The notes: generated by a model not told the origin, from the sequence alone. Shown: positions 17,310 through 26,968, numbered from the stretch's first letter. The stretch is 32,000 bases of DNA from Aeropyrum pernix K1 (GCF_000011125.1 NC_000854.2:150001-182000); one strand, 5' to 3'. A program made the numbers and translations.

Positions 17310-17423
17310 GAAATTACCCCTCCTACTATCTGAGTAAGCATTTGAAGCTATTTATCAAGGATATATGGATGGGAAGCCGGGATGGGACAGCCAATAGGGG
17401 GGTTGGCATAAAAGGGTGTTGCC

Positions 17424-18287
17424 CTAGAGCCTTCTACGCACTCTTCGCGAAGATACTATAGCCTGGAGGACCTCAACCTTGGTCACCACGCCTAATACAT
17501 TATCGCCGTCAACCACAGGCAGGATCCCTACTCCCTCCTTAACCATTATATCTGCTGCCTTCGCAAGGTCCTCCTCCGGCTCCACTGTAATGGGGTTTGG
17601 AGTCATAACGTCCTCTGCTAGGGGTACGAGGTATACCCTGGTCGAGCCTATTCTATCCTTGTAAACTAATGGCTTCTTTATCTTGACATATTTTGGAGCT
17701 CCATGAACAGATACTGGTGTTGCTAGGAAGGCTATATCCCTCTTGGTTATAACTCCGACTAGCTTGCCTCCGTCGAGGATTAAAACCTTCCCAGTGGCAT
17801 CTATCTCCATAAGCTTCAGAACATAGAATATACTGTGCTCCCTCCGCGCCTTGGCGTATATTTCACGCATAAACTCTTTTACTAGGTTTACGCCCTTCAT
17901 CTTCTCTGAGTAGTATCTCGTGAGGTCAGTCCTCGTTATAATGCCCTCCAGCGTGCCGTCTGGCGCCACTACGGGTACGCCACCTATGTTATGTTTCAGC
18001 ATTAGCGAGGCAGCAGTCTTAACGCTCTTAGTGCCCTCTATAGTCACGACATCTCTAGCCATAACCTCTCTCACGTATATCGAGTTAGCCGGCCTGCTAG
18101 GATATTTTCTAACCAGCGCATCGGCTATATCAGTTATCGTTATTATCCCCCTAAGCTTGGAACCCTCCACAACCGGTAGCCTGCTAATATCGTGTGTAAG
18201 CATTAACTTCCTAGCGTGGGCGAGCGTGTCGTCAGGGCTTACAGTATACACATCCCTCGTCATGTAGGATACTACTCGAGAGGCCAC
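17424..18287 (-). CDS. CBS-domain protein (about four CBS motifs), GTG start
   Basis: Repeated MTxxxxxVxxDxxLxxAxxxMxxxxIxxLPVV units. Confidence 0.92.
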   Translation of the reverse strand: MASRVVSYMTRDVYTVSPDDTLAHARKLMLTHDISRLPVVEGSKLRGIITITDIADALVRKYPSRPANSIYVREVMARDVVTIEGTKSVKTAASLMLKHNIGGVPVVAPDGTLEGIITRTDLTRYYSEKMKGVNLVKEFMREIYAKARREHSIFYVLKLMEIDATGKVLILDGGKLVGVITKRDIAFLATPVSVHGAPKYVKIKKPLVYKDRIGSTRVYLVPLAEDVMTPNPITVEPEEDLAKAADIMVKEGVGILPVVDGDNVLGVVTKVEVLQAIVSSRRVRRRL

Positions 18288-19309
18288 TATCTTTCACCCT
18301 CAACGACCGACGCGACTAGAACGTCCCTCTCCGTTATTATCCCCTTGGCCTCGCCGCCATCAACCACTATAAGGCTGTCTACGCCGAGTTCGACCATCCT
18401 CCTCGCAGCGTCAGCCACACTAGCCTTCTCATCTATGGTATACACCTCTGGCGACATCACCATGTAGACTGGGATTGATATAGCCTCGCTCACCTTACCG
18501 CTAGGGGCGTTTTTGAAAGCCTCGTGCTCGCCGAAGTAGGCTACAATGTCCTTGGCTGTTATAACACCCTTGATCTCGCCTGTCGATGATGAAATCACTA
18601 GAAGCCTCCTGAACCCATATGTGACCATAGACCTCATAGCCTCCTTAAGCGGTGCTTCAGGATCTACACCCACTATTGTTGCCGTCATGTAGTCGCCCAC
18701 TTTTTTGTCAAAGGGTATATCAGCTATCCTACCTAGTATGTTCCTCTCTGTTATGACCCCATGTAGGGTGCCATCGTCATAGAGTACAGGGAGGAAGCCA
18801 ATACCCTCCCCAACCATTATCCTAAGTATCGTGTCTAGATCGTCTGAAACACTCACCGCTATAGGGTGTCTGTTCATTATGGTTGCCACTACTTCCTTCC
18901 TCAGAGCGCTGTATATGCTGTCTCTATGCCGGTTCTCAACAATCTGGAAGTAATCGCCCCCGCCCAGGTAGTTGACTAAATCGGTGGCGAGGAGTATACC
19001 TTCTAGCACAGCGTCGCCGCTGCCCTTGATAACCACTAGGCCTCTAACTCTGTGAGAGGCTATCTTCTCGGCTGCTGAGAGTATGGGAGCGGATTTGTGT
19101 ACACTAACTGCTGGCCTTGAAGCCAGCTCTTTGGCATCTCCGGGCAGCCGTCTCACCCGCTGGCTCCAATTGGGAGTACCGTCAGCCCTTAGCCACCTAA
19201 CACCCTCTGGCCTAGACCTGGTCACAACGCGGCTGGGTTTCGGTGCTGTAGCTACATATCTTATAGGCGGTCTCGGGGGTCTACTTGGAGCTCCCCCCCT
19301 CCTGCTCAT
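18287..19309 (-). CDS. CBS-domain protein (about four CBS motifs) with basic/proline-rich N-terminus
   Basis: Repeated CBS units; stop codon overlaps the start of the next gene by 1 nt. Confidence 0.92.
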   Translation of the reverse strand: MSRRGGAPSRPPRPPIRYVATAPKPSRVVTRSRPEGVRWLRADGTPNWSQRVRRLPGDAKELASRPAVSVHKSAPILSAAEKIASHRVRGLVVIKGSGDAVLEGILLATDLVNYLGGGDYFQIVENRHRDSIYSALRKEVVATIMNRHPIAVSVSDDLDTILRIMVGEGIGFLPVLYDDGTLHGVITERNILGRIADIPFDKKVGDYMTATIVGVDPEAPLKEAMRSMVTYGFRRLLVISSSTGEIKGVITAKDIVAYFGEHEAFKNAPSGKVSEAISIPVYMVMSPEVYTIDEKASVADAARRMVELGVDSLIVVDGGEAKGIITERDVLVASVVEGER

Positions 19310-19345
19310 CCATCCATCACCTCCAACAAGGAAATGTGCCTCCCA

Positions 19346-20182
19346 TTATAAAGACGCCCTTCCTCGGCTCTTAAAGTAAAGCCTTACTAGATCCTCCCTA
19401 TCAATAATTCCTGTGAGAACCCTAGAGTCTCGAGACTTGACTACGGGAACCCTCCCGACCCCACGGTCTAACATGATCCTCGCAACATCCTCTAGATTAT
19501 CCGACTCAGCCACATAAATTACAGAGCGGGTCATTACGCTCTCCACCCTAACCCTGTGAGGCGGTGCCTCGCTCTCCAGACCCAGCCTTGTGTAACCCTT
19601 CCTTATCAAATCGTACTGTGTTACTATACCCCTCACAACCATCCTCTGGTCTACCACCGGAACTCCAGCGTACCTCCTCTCCACCATTATTTCCCACACA
19701 CGGGTAAGACTATCACCCTCCAGCACGTACTCCACATCCCTAGTCATAGCGTCGCTCGCCGTGTAGCCCCTGTAGAACCCTGCTTCCAGGAGTAGCCTAA
19801 TGGGAGTCTCGAGACCCAGGACGCCGACTAGCCTGTTGGCATCGTTCACAACGGGAGCATACCATTCGTCGAACTTTAACATTGAAAATACCGCCTCCTC
19901 CAGGCTGTAGCTGGGCTTCAGAACTACTGCTGGCTCCTCCATGATATCTAGAGCCTTAGCCTCACTCTTCCTACTGGTAACGAGGATCACCGACGACCTG
20001 TATATGACCCCCTCAAGCCTGCCCTCACCGTTAACCACGAGAACTATCCTCGAGCCCGTGTCCCTCAGAATCCTCCTTATCTCTCCTATAGGCGCCTCCT
20101 TCTCCACTGTAACGGGTTTTAACAGGTTAACCTCGAACAGCTTCCTCTGTAAAAATCTGGAAGGCTGCGCCAGCCTCTCCAC
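19346..20182 (-). CDS. CBS-domain protein (about four CBS motifs)
   Basis: SDAMTRDVEYVLEGDSLTRVWEIMVERRYAGVPVV and similar repeats. Confidence 0.92.
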   Translation of the reverse strand: MERLAQPSRFLQRKLFEVNLLKPVTVEKEAPIGEIRRILRDTGSRIVLVVNGEGRLEGVIYRSSVILVTSRKSEAKALDIMEEPAVVLKPSYSLEEAVFSMLKFDEWYAPVVNDANRLVGVLGLETPIRLLLEAGFYRGYTASDAMTRDVEYVLEGDSLTRVWEIMVERRYAGVPVVDQRMVVRGIVTQYDLIRKGYTRLGLESEAPPHRVRVESVMTRSVIYVAESDNLEDVARIMLDRGVGRVPVVKSRDSRVLTGIIDREDLVRLYFKSRGRASL

Positions 20183-20245
20183 CCTATTCTAATATTGAGA
20201 ATATTGTCTCGATTATTAGCTTGGCTAATCTAAGCTGTATTGATG

Positions 20246-21181
20246 CTAAAGCCAGGTCCACCCTGAAACTCTAAACTCCCTCCTACCACCCTCTATGAGA
20301 ACCCTGCCAGCACCATCGCTGGAGGTGTAACCTACTGTTGCACACTCTATATTAAGTCTCCTGCACCAGCGCAGTATACAATCTATCGAGCCATCACCCC
20401 CTACAGCTACTATGTTATAGTCCTCCCAGCTCTGGAGAACAGCCCACTTCTCTAAACCCAGCTCATCCAACACCTTCTCCACATGCCTGTCAACGAGAAT
20501 ATCATCGATCACAACTGATACTCCACTCTCAACTCCTAGAAGGTGGAGGGAAGCCCCCAGCCCATCACTGTTATCTATAGATGCGGCGGCCTCGCATGAC
20601 GATAGCTCAGGCCCTATCCTTAGAGGGGGTTTAGGCCTCCTTGTATACTCGACTACAGGACCTGGAAGATCATCCCTAGACAACCGCCCCTGTAGAGTTA
20701 AGTGGGAGAGGAGTCCGTATCCCGACGCCCCAACCTGCACTAGAGTCATGCCTGGTTTTGCACCGAATCTCCCCAGAGGCTTCTCGGCCTTCCCTAGCAC
20801 AGCCACGTCTATCCACGGGCTCTTCGAAGTGTTGAAGTCAGACTTACCAACCGTAGCCCCCATCCAAACGGCAGCCTCGCCCACGCCCCTGGCAACATCT
20901 ACAGCCCGCTCAACACTATCCAGACCCAAGCTGTACATAACGTGAAAGGGAGCCCCCCCGGATGCAGCGACGTCTGAAGCGGCTGCAACAACCGACTTCC
21001 AACCCCAGTCTCCAAGGCTCATCCAGGGGAGCCTGCTAGAATCCATCGAGTACCCGTCGATAGAGGCTATGATGCCATCCCCTGCAGGGCAAGCATCGTA
21101 CCCCCAGCAGGCCTTGGAACCCGCCTCGCTGGAAAGCACCTTAAGCTTGTCCATCCACCTGGCAAAACCATTCATCCACAC
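20246..21181 (-). CDS. AIR synthase-related / ThiL-like kinase family protein
   Basis: DGYSMDSSRLPWMSLGDWGWKSVVAAASDVAASGGAP, DNSDGLGASLH. Confidence 0.65.
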   Translation of the reverse strand: MWMNGFARWMDKLKVLSSEAGSKACWGYDACPAGDGIIASIDGYSMDSSRLPWMSLGDWGWKSVVAAASDVAASGGAPFHVMYSLGLDSVERAVDVARGVGEAAVWMGATVGKSDFNTSKSPWIDVAVLGKAEKPLGRFGAKPGMTLVQVGASGYGLLSHLTLQGRLSRDDLPGPVVEYTRRPKPPLRIGPELSSCEAAASIDNSDGLGASLHLLGVESGVSVVIDDILVDRHVEKVLDELGLEKWAVLQSWEDYNIVAVGGDGSIDCILRWCRRLNIECATVGYTSSDGAGRVLIEGGRREFRVSGWTWL

Positions 21182-21335
21182 ACACCCAAGCCCCTATACA
21201 CATAGGAGGATTAGAGGCGGCGATCCGATAATTATCGAGTACAGAGGGTCAGACGCTGTTATAATCCTTCTTCACCGCCCCTGGGGCTCTGCGCTCGCAC
21301 CCCTCACCATCCCCTCTCCTATATGTCGAGTATCT

Positions 21336-22094
21336 TCACGCCTCCTTGTATAACCTGTCCCTCAGCTTTACTACCTCACCCACTATTATAACTGCTGGGC
21401 TTTTCACCCTGCCCTGCCTACCGAGCTCCCTCAACCCTCTAAGATCGGTCACCAGAGTTTCCGCTTCCGGCGTTGACACGCTCGAGGCTATAGCTACCGG
21501 CGTCTCAGGCGGTAGCACTTTAATTAGGCGTTCCGCTAATTCAGCCGACGTTGAGGCGCCCATAAGTATTACCAGGGTGTCTACGGAGCGCGCTATATCC
21601 TCCAGCTTTACCCTCTTACCAGCCGGCTTCCCGGGGGCTTCCTTGCCTGTTATTACGGCGAACGAGGAGGAGATGCCCCTGCTGGTTAGCGGTATCCCGT
21701 GGAGGGCTGAAGCAGCTATATAGCTTGGCACGCCGGGTATAACAATGCATTCTACCCCCTTCTCCATAAGGTACATGCACTCCTCCTCTCCCCTGCCGTA
21801 TGTATAGGGGTCGCCGCCCTTCAGCCTCGCTACAGTCATGCCCCTGCATGCAAGGATCTCCATAAGCCTGTTTATCTCCTCCTGCGACATACCCTCTCCA
21901 GGCTTCTTACCCACATATATCTTTAGTGCTGGTGTCTGCAGCTTCTCCACAAGACCCTTAGGAGCCAGTCTATCGTAGAGTATGGCGTCGGCCTCCTCTA
22001 GAGCCTTCATCCCCTTGACGGTTATCAAGCCCGGGTCTCCGGGTCCACCCCCCACTATAACGACCTTCCCTCGGCATCTCGCCAAGACTGCCAC
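21336..22094 (-). CDS. cobA: Uroporphyrinogen-III C-methyltransferase (SUMT)
   Basis: VVIVGGGPGDPGLITVKGMKALEEADAILYDRL, LKGGDPYTYGRGEEE. Confidence 0.93.
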   Translation of the reverse strand: MAVLARCRGKVVIVGGGPGDPGLITVKGMKALEEADAILYDRLAPKGLVEKLQTPALKIYVGKKPGEGMSQEEINRLMEILACRGMTVARLKGGDPYTYGRGEEECMYLMEKGVECIVIPGVPSYIAASALHGIPLTSRGISSSFAVITGKEAPGKPAGKRVKLEDIARSVDTLVILMGASTSAELAERLIKVLPPETPVAIASSVSTPEAETLVTDLRGLRELGRQGRVKSPAVIIVGEVVKLRDRLYKEA

Positions 22095-22119
22095 CCGCCG
22101 AGACCCTGAGCTTCGCAGT

Positions 22120-22755
22120 CTATAGCCTGAGCCCGAGTAACACCGGCTCCTCCCTAATAATCCACTTCCTCGCCTCCGCTGCCCTCAAAGCCTCGACAGT
22201 CTCTATCCACGCGGGGATACTATCAACCTCGTATAGAACCAGGAACTCGTAGTCAGCGATGCCGAAAGCATATGTAGTCACCGAGAGGACCGGGTTCTCC
22301 CTCGTCCTCTCCATAGCTATTCTAATGTGCTCTCCCATGGCTCTTCTCCTAACCTCCTCGGGCTCCAGGTACCATGTGGGGCTCTTCTTCATAGGATATG
22401 CAACTAGAAACCGGAACTTGCTGTTCTTAAGGGCCTCAACTACCTCTTCCGCCGTCTTGCTCCTAGCGTAGGGCGACTCCTTATAGTAGGCTGGCCACCA
22501 TACAGCCTCCTCCACACACCCCCACCTAGACAGCTCAAGCCTCAAACGGCCTAACCCACCAGCTTCTGTAAATGCTGCTACCAGGGATAGATGGCCCGGG
22601 CCAGAGATGTTTAGATATGCTCTTGAAACCGTCGCGTCCGAACTCTCTGCAGCCTCCGAGACAACGCTCCTCCAGGCTTCAGCTGCTCTCACACCTCTTG
22701 GACACGATCCCCCACGCCTTACACTATAGCCAGCCACAACGATATATAGCTCCAA
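22120..22755 (-). CDS. Chlorite dismutase/HemQ-like family protein
   Basis: YPMKKSPTWYLEPEEVRRRAMGEHIRIAM...ADYEFLVLYEVDSIPAWIETVEALRAAEARKWIIREEPVLLG resembles the Cld/HemQ C-terminal half. Confidence 0.7.
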   Translation of the reverse strand: MELYIVVAGYSVRRGGSCPRGVRAAEAWRSVVSEAAESSDATVSRAYLNISGPGHLSLVAAFTEAGGLGRLRLELSRWGCVEEAVWWPAYYKESPYARSKTAEEVVEALKNSKFRFLVAYPMKKSPTWYLEPEEVRRRAMGEHIRIAMERTRENPVLSVTTYAFGIADYEFLVLYEVDSIPAWIETVEALRAAEARKWIIREEPVLLGLRL

Positions 22756-23021
22756 AGAGCCTCACCTCAAGCCTAGAGGTACATAAGGCCCCGGGGAGGG
22801 CTTAACTTAGTCTACTAACCAGTATGCTCCCGTATTTACAGCCTGGCTTATCTTCGCAGGCGGCGGCTCGGTTGGTCCGTGAAAATGTCATAGCCCCCTG
22901 GGCAGGATTAGGGCTCTTTCTACCCAGCGGATCTCATCGCCGCCAATATAAGTAGATAGGGGAATAGGGGAGAGAAAAGAAGGTTTGCTTATTGAGGGAG
23001 GAGGATTATTAGAGTGAGGGG

Positions 23022-23447
23022 TTACTGCACCTCCTCGTAGCTCTGCAGCCTCTTACCGTGTATCCTCTCGATCACAGGGATTATACCTGGGTTCTTGATC
23101 TTTGGTATCTCCTCGACGGGCACGTACTGGGGCAGGGAATATCTCGTATGCGTTAGCTCTGCAATAATATTCCTGGCCTTAAGGCTGCTAAGTATCTTCC
23201 TAAGCCTGTCCTCTCCGACTATGCCGGAGAATATCTTCTTAAGGTCACGCCAGGAGAGAGGCTGCTTTGCCTCGTCGAGTGCTATGAGGACTAGTCTCAC
23301 TACGTCATCGTCAACAAGGGCAGTATAGACGCTAATCTCTGCATCCTCGATAACAACTTTCATTTTCTCGAACTCCTCTAAAATTTTCCTCCTAACCCTC
23401 TGAATTACCTCCTCTTCCGCCTCGTACTTCTTCACTAGCTGGCTCAT
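23022..23447 (-). CDS. Conserved hypothetical with probable winged-helix region
   Basis: 141 aa ORF; PLSWRDLKKIFSGIVGEDRLRKILSSLKARNIIAEL resembles a wHTH. Confidence 0.65.
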   Translation of the reverse strand: MSQLVKKYEAEEEVIQRVRRKILEEFEKMKVVIEDAEISVYTALVDDDVVRLVLIALDEAKQPLSWRDLKKIFSGIVGEDRLRKILSSLKARNIIAELTHTRYSLPQYVPVEEIPKIKNPGIIPVIERIHGKRLQSYEEVQ

Positions 23448-23559
23448 ATCCAGCCACCGAATAATATATAGGGTGCAACCTCTATATTAACTTAAAATTA
23501 ATAAGCCTTGTGGGACAACGGTGTATCAAGCGCTGTCAAATCAAGTTTATAAAAGGGTT

Positions 23560-23886
23560 TTAGGCTATGCTGGCGGTCTCGCGGGTAGTGGTAGCGTCAG
23601 CTCTTATCTCGTCTTCTTCACCAACACCGGATAGGTACTCGAGGATCTCGGCCAAATCGCTTGCTACGATTCTTCTAGCCGCTGTGAGCACGATGTAGTC
23701 TATCACATCCTCCTCTTCACTGCCGAGCAGGGCTATCTCGCTGTCAATCTCTAACGCTTTCCGGGACAACGTCACTAGCTCCCTGTATAGGACAGGGCTG
23801 GCAATCCTCCTGGAGACACCGCTCTCCACGGGGACTCCACCAACGGTGATGTTTAGCTTAGAAATGCTCGTAGGGAAGACAGGCAC
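23560..23886 (-). CDS. Hypothetical protein, 108 aa (histone-fold-like or coiled helical)
   Basis: ORF with coherent helical composition; no family recognised. Confidence 0.5.
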   Translation of the reverse strand: MPVFPTSISKLNITVGGVPVESGVSRRIASPVLYRELVTLSRKALEIDSEIALLGSEEEDVIDYIVLTAARRIVASDLAEILEYLSGVGEEDEIRADATTTRETASIA

Positions 23887-24024
23887 GTATTTACCCCGTA
23901 ATCCGTATGTGCAAGAGGAGATAATGCTTAGACAAGCAGGTGGTCCAAACGGTTGTCAAATATAGAGGCTAGAAGCCCGGGGTATAGTCCCGAGGACACC
24001 CGGGGCCTGAAGGCCTCCGGAGGA

Positions 24025-24555
24025 TCATTTTTGCTTCAGGGGCTCTACCACGAGCTCTATAACATCGCCCTTCACTGTTACAGTAGCCTTGCTCTTCCTC
24101 GCGGTTAAGATTCCCATGGTGAACGGAAATGTTATAACATTGAGGCTAACATCCCCCTCAGCCCTCACCTTCAGCTTCGCTGACTTTAGCCTCCCTCCTT
24201 TAGGTAGCTTCAGCGTCACTATCTCGGAATCCACTTCAAACTTGATAGATATTATGTCTCCCTGCAGCTCTACCCTGTTGCTGCCGCTCTCCACCTTAGC
24301 GACCTTCTCACCCAGAGTGTCGACCTCGTACCTGGAGCCCGCGCTATATACTTTCACCAGGTCCTCGTTTACATACTCTACCTCAGGATGCTGGGAGAAG
24401 TAAGCGCTGACCCTCACGCTTCCAGGCTCGATTTCAGCGCTGAGACCGCTCGTACCTACTAGAAGTGTGTGGCTAGCCTCGTACCTCCTCCCTGACACGA
24501 GGACCTTCGAGTTGTCCACGTCCACCTTAACCCTCTGCTCGTTCTTAAGCAGCAT
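24025..24555 (-). CDS. Hypothetical beta-rich protein, 176 aa
   Basis: Alternating hydrophobic beta pattern throughout (e.g. VEPGSVRVSAYFSQHPEVEYV). Confidence 0.6.
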   Translation of the reverse strand: MLLKNEQRVKVDVDNSKVLVSGRRYEASHTLLVGTSGLSAEIEPGSVRVSAYFSQHPEVEYVNEDLVKVYSAGSRYEVDTLGEKVAKVESGSNRVELQGDIISIKFEVDSEIVTLKLPKGGRLKSAKLKVRAEGDVSLNVITFPFTMGILTARKSKATVTVKGDVIELVVEPLKQK

Positions 24556-24774
24556 ACCCCATTCGCCTCTCTATCCCCAATATACCCTTAATCCTACCAG
24601 ATTGATAACTATTTCTACGGTACACCCGGATCTCGCAGATCCCTTTTGGATTCAAAGGTATCTGCCGGTGTTACCCTGTTCTCGAGAGACCTCGCGGAAT
24701 CGTTTCATAGTTAATACCCGAGGCTTACATATAGTTCTTTTATCGAAGCTGTACATACGAGGTAGAAGCTTACT

Positions 24775-25065
24775 ATGGCTGGTGAGGAGATACCGGAGGA
24801 CGTGTTTGAAGATCTTGAGCTGGCAAAGAGTGAGGTGGAGAAGGAGCTGGAGAGGGCTAGGGGGAAGAGGAAGAGGAGGTACCCCAGTAACAGCGACATT
24901 GCGGAAGCCATAAAAGAGCTGGCGGGATATGCGAGGGTTGACCCCCAAAGCTTCCCTGAGAGGGTTAGAGAGAAGCTTGAGGAGCAAGGCTTCTACACAG
25001 GCCTCGTCACAGACGAGAGAATCTGGAGAGTCTACGAAACATTACTCAGAAAAGGGGAGATATAG
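24775..25065 (+). CDS. Hypothetical protein, 96 aa
   Basis: Charged helical ORF with upstream AT-rich region. Confidence 0.65.
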   Translation: MAGEEIPEDVFEDLELAKSEVEKELERARGKRKRRYPSNSDIAEAIKELAGYARVDPQSFPERVREKLEEQGFYTGLVTDERIWRVYETLLRKGEI

Positions 25066-25105
25066 AAGGCAATAACAGGGCTAAAGCCGTTGAAGAACTC
25101 CCAGG

Positions 25106-25429
25106 GTGTTATGGGTCTTGGGAGAATGCTACTTCTGCCTCTCCAAGGCGTCCCACAGTTGCCGCTTGTGCGGTAGGCCTGTGTGTGACACCCACGGTGG
25201 TGGAGGTGTTTGTGTGGCGTGTAGGGAGGCTATCTGCGCCGTATGCGGGAGGGAGCTTGCGGTCTCTTACTGCTCCGGCTGCGGCAGGCTTGGATGTGTC
25301 GACTGCCTAGTGCAGTACGATCCTGTGAGGCGTTTCTGCCGGGACTGCTTAGCCCGAGGAGCTTCCGAGTTCAAGCCGGAGGCCCTGGAGCCTCTTAAGA
25401 AGGTTGTTAGAAGAGTGTTTGGGTCGTGA
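25106..25429 (+). CDS. Small cysteine-rich zinc-finger (B-box-like) protein
   Basis: CYFCLSKASHSCRLCGRPVCDTH...CVACREAICAVCGRELAVSYCSGCGRLGCVDC. Confidence 0.75.
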   Translation: MLWVLGECYFCLSKASHSCRLCGRPVCDTHGGGGVCVACREAICAVCGRELAVSYCSGCGRLGCVDCLVQYDPVRRFCRDCLARGASEFKPEALEPLKKVVRRVFGS

Positions 25430-25436
25430 ACGGGTC

Positions 25437-25883
25437 TTAGCTTGTGTATGCCTTGAGGGCCCTGTCTATGTAGAGCTGTATTATGTTTGATGGCCTAACC
25501 CCTTCCAGATACTCCTTGTACACCACCTCACCATTCTTAACTGCGAACACGGCGATAGTTGGGCTAGCCCCTATCCTATAGTGATTGAAGCTCTCTGCAG
25601 CCGCTTTAGAGCTGCAATTCTGTGAGAACCAGTCGCAAAGGACGACTACGAACTTCACCCTGCTATCGCCAGAATACTTGCTTACAACCTCGAGCCAGTA
25701 GCGGTCCTGCAGCCTACACGCAGGGCAAAGAGCGTTGTCAAAATAAACAACAACAACGCCGTCACCCAGCTCCTTAGGATCGAGAGCGCCCCCATCAACC
25801 CTATGCAGCCTCCAGCCCCCGTCCTCCGGATTATAGACATATATGCCGTGCTGAGAGCCCGGGCCGGGAACCTTAGTCTCCAT
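25437..25883 (-). CDS. Thioredoxin-like protein
   Basis: VVVYFDNALCPACRLQDRYW (CxxC), GASPTIAVFAVKNGEVV. Confidence 0.75.
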   Translation of the reverse strand: METKVPGPGSQHGIYVYNPEDGGWRLHRVDGGALDPKELGDGVVVVYFDNALCPACRLQDRYWLEVVSKYSGDSRVKFVVVLCDWFSQNCSSKAAAESFNHYRIGASPTIAVFAVKNGEVVYKEYLEGVRPSNIIQLYIDRALKAYTS

Positions 25884-26030
25884 CTACAACCACCCACACG
25901 GTATAAAGCCTCCTCCAAGCCTAATAGGGAGTATCTGCATAACGGCCAAGAGATCCTTCGTGCAGGAGCGGACAGCATACAGGGAGGCTTGAAATAAGGG
26001 TTTCAGGCTATATCATGCTATTAACATGGT

Positions 26031-26119
26031 GGGCCCCCGGGTGAGGCTGTTCGGCGCTGCCGAGCCCGCTCCCGGATCGGACGGCTATGATGACCACCGG
26101 GTTAGATAGACGGGGGCCC
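26031..26119. ncRNA. Candidate structured RNA, class and strand unassigned
   Basis: Perfect 9-bp closing pair gggcccccg (26031-26039)/cgggggccc (26111-26119), internal hairpin ttcggc-gct-gccgag, C-box-like atgatga on the plus strand; intergenic. Confidence 0.45.
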
Positions 26120-26356
26120 TAGCACGCGTGGAGACCGCTCAGAATTAACTGGTTTAATGTTAGTTAGAACTACTTCGTTCCCCCATGGACTCTCCTGCTA
26201 TTAGCGTTAGGCGCTATCGCCATAGTGTAATTCTCAGATCCCCAACGATCGATGCACTCTGTTAGAAGCCACCGAAGGGGCTCGAACTCGGCGTGAAATA
26301 ATGGATCACAGGTGGTTGTAGGGGTGAAGTAATGGTGAGGCGAGCTGGCACATAAC

Positions 26357-26968
26357 CTATCTTTTCACAAGCCTTAGCCAGAGTTCGTGAAGCCTTGTGT
26401 CCCCAGTGAGCTCTGGGTGGAAGCTAGTTGCGAGTAGGGGGCCCTGAACTGCCGCGACCCCAACCCTCTGACCGTTGTAGTCGAGCCAGCTTATGATCCT
26501 AGCTGGACTCTCCGCTGCCGTTATCGCAGGGCTCCTTATGAACACGCCGCGGAACCTCCCGTCGAGACCCTCTATCTCCAGGTCGGCTTCGAAGCTCTCC
26601 CTCTGCCTGCCGAAGAAGTTTCTCACAACTTCAACCCTCATAACCCCCAGTAGTGGCTGGCTCTTCTCCCCTACGACCTTGTCCCTAACCTTCCCAGCCA
26701 GTATTATAGCCCCTGCGCACGTCCCCATGGCTGGGAGGCCGTTGAGGACCTGCTCCCTCAGAGGCTCTAGGACGCCCAGCCTCTTCGCCAGTATCCCGAT
26801 GGTCGTGCTTTCACCGCCCGGTATAATTACGCCGTCCAGCCCCTTGAGGTCCTCCGGCTTTTTGACGACTACCGCCTCGCCATGCACGCCCAGGCGGTCG
26901 AAGGTCCTCCTAAGCATGTAAACGTGCTCGTAAACGCCCCCCTGATAGCCTAATACGCCTATCCTCAA
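26357..26968 (-). CDS. pdxT: Pyridoxal 5'-phosphate synthase glutaminase subunit
   Basis: [49 protein letters not shown]. Confidence 0.96.
   Translation of the reverse strand: MRIGVLGYQGGVYEHVYMLRRTFDRLGVHGEAVVVKKPEDLKGLDGVIIPGGESTTIGILAKRLGVLEPLREQVLNGLPAMGTCAGAIILAGKVRDKVVGEKSQPLLGVMRVEVVRNFFGRQRESFEADLEIEGLDGRFRGVFIRSPAITAAESPARIISWLDYNGQRVGVAAVQGPLLATSFHPELTGDTRLHELWLRLVKR

Noticed and set aside
26031-26119. tRNA, 5S rRNA, SRP RNA or RNase P RNA assignment for the structured element
   Set aside because: No T-loop TTCRA, no 5S GAACCCGG-type loop, no SRP domain IV GGAAG motif and no RNase P CR-I GAGGAAAGUCC were seen; left as unassigned.
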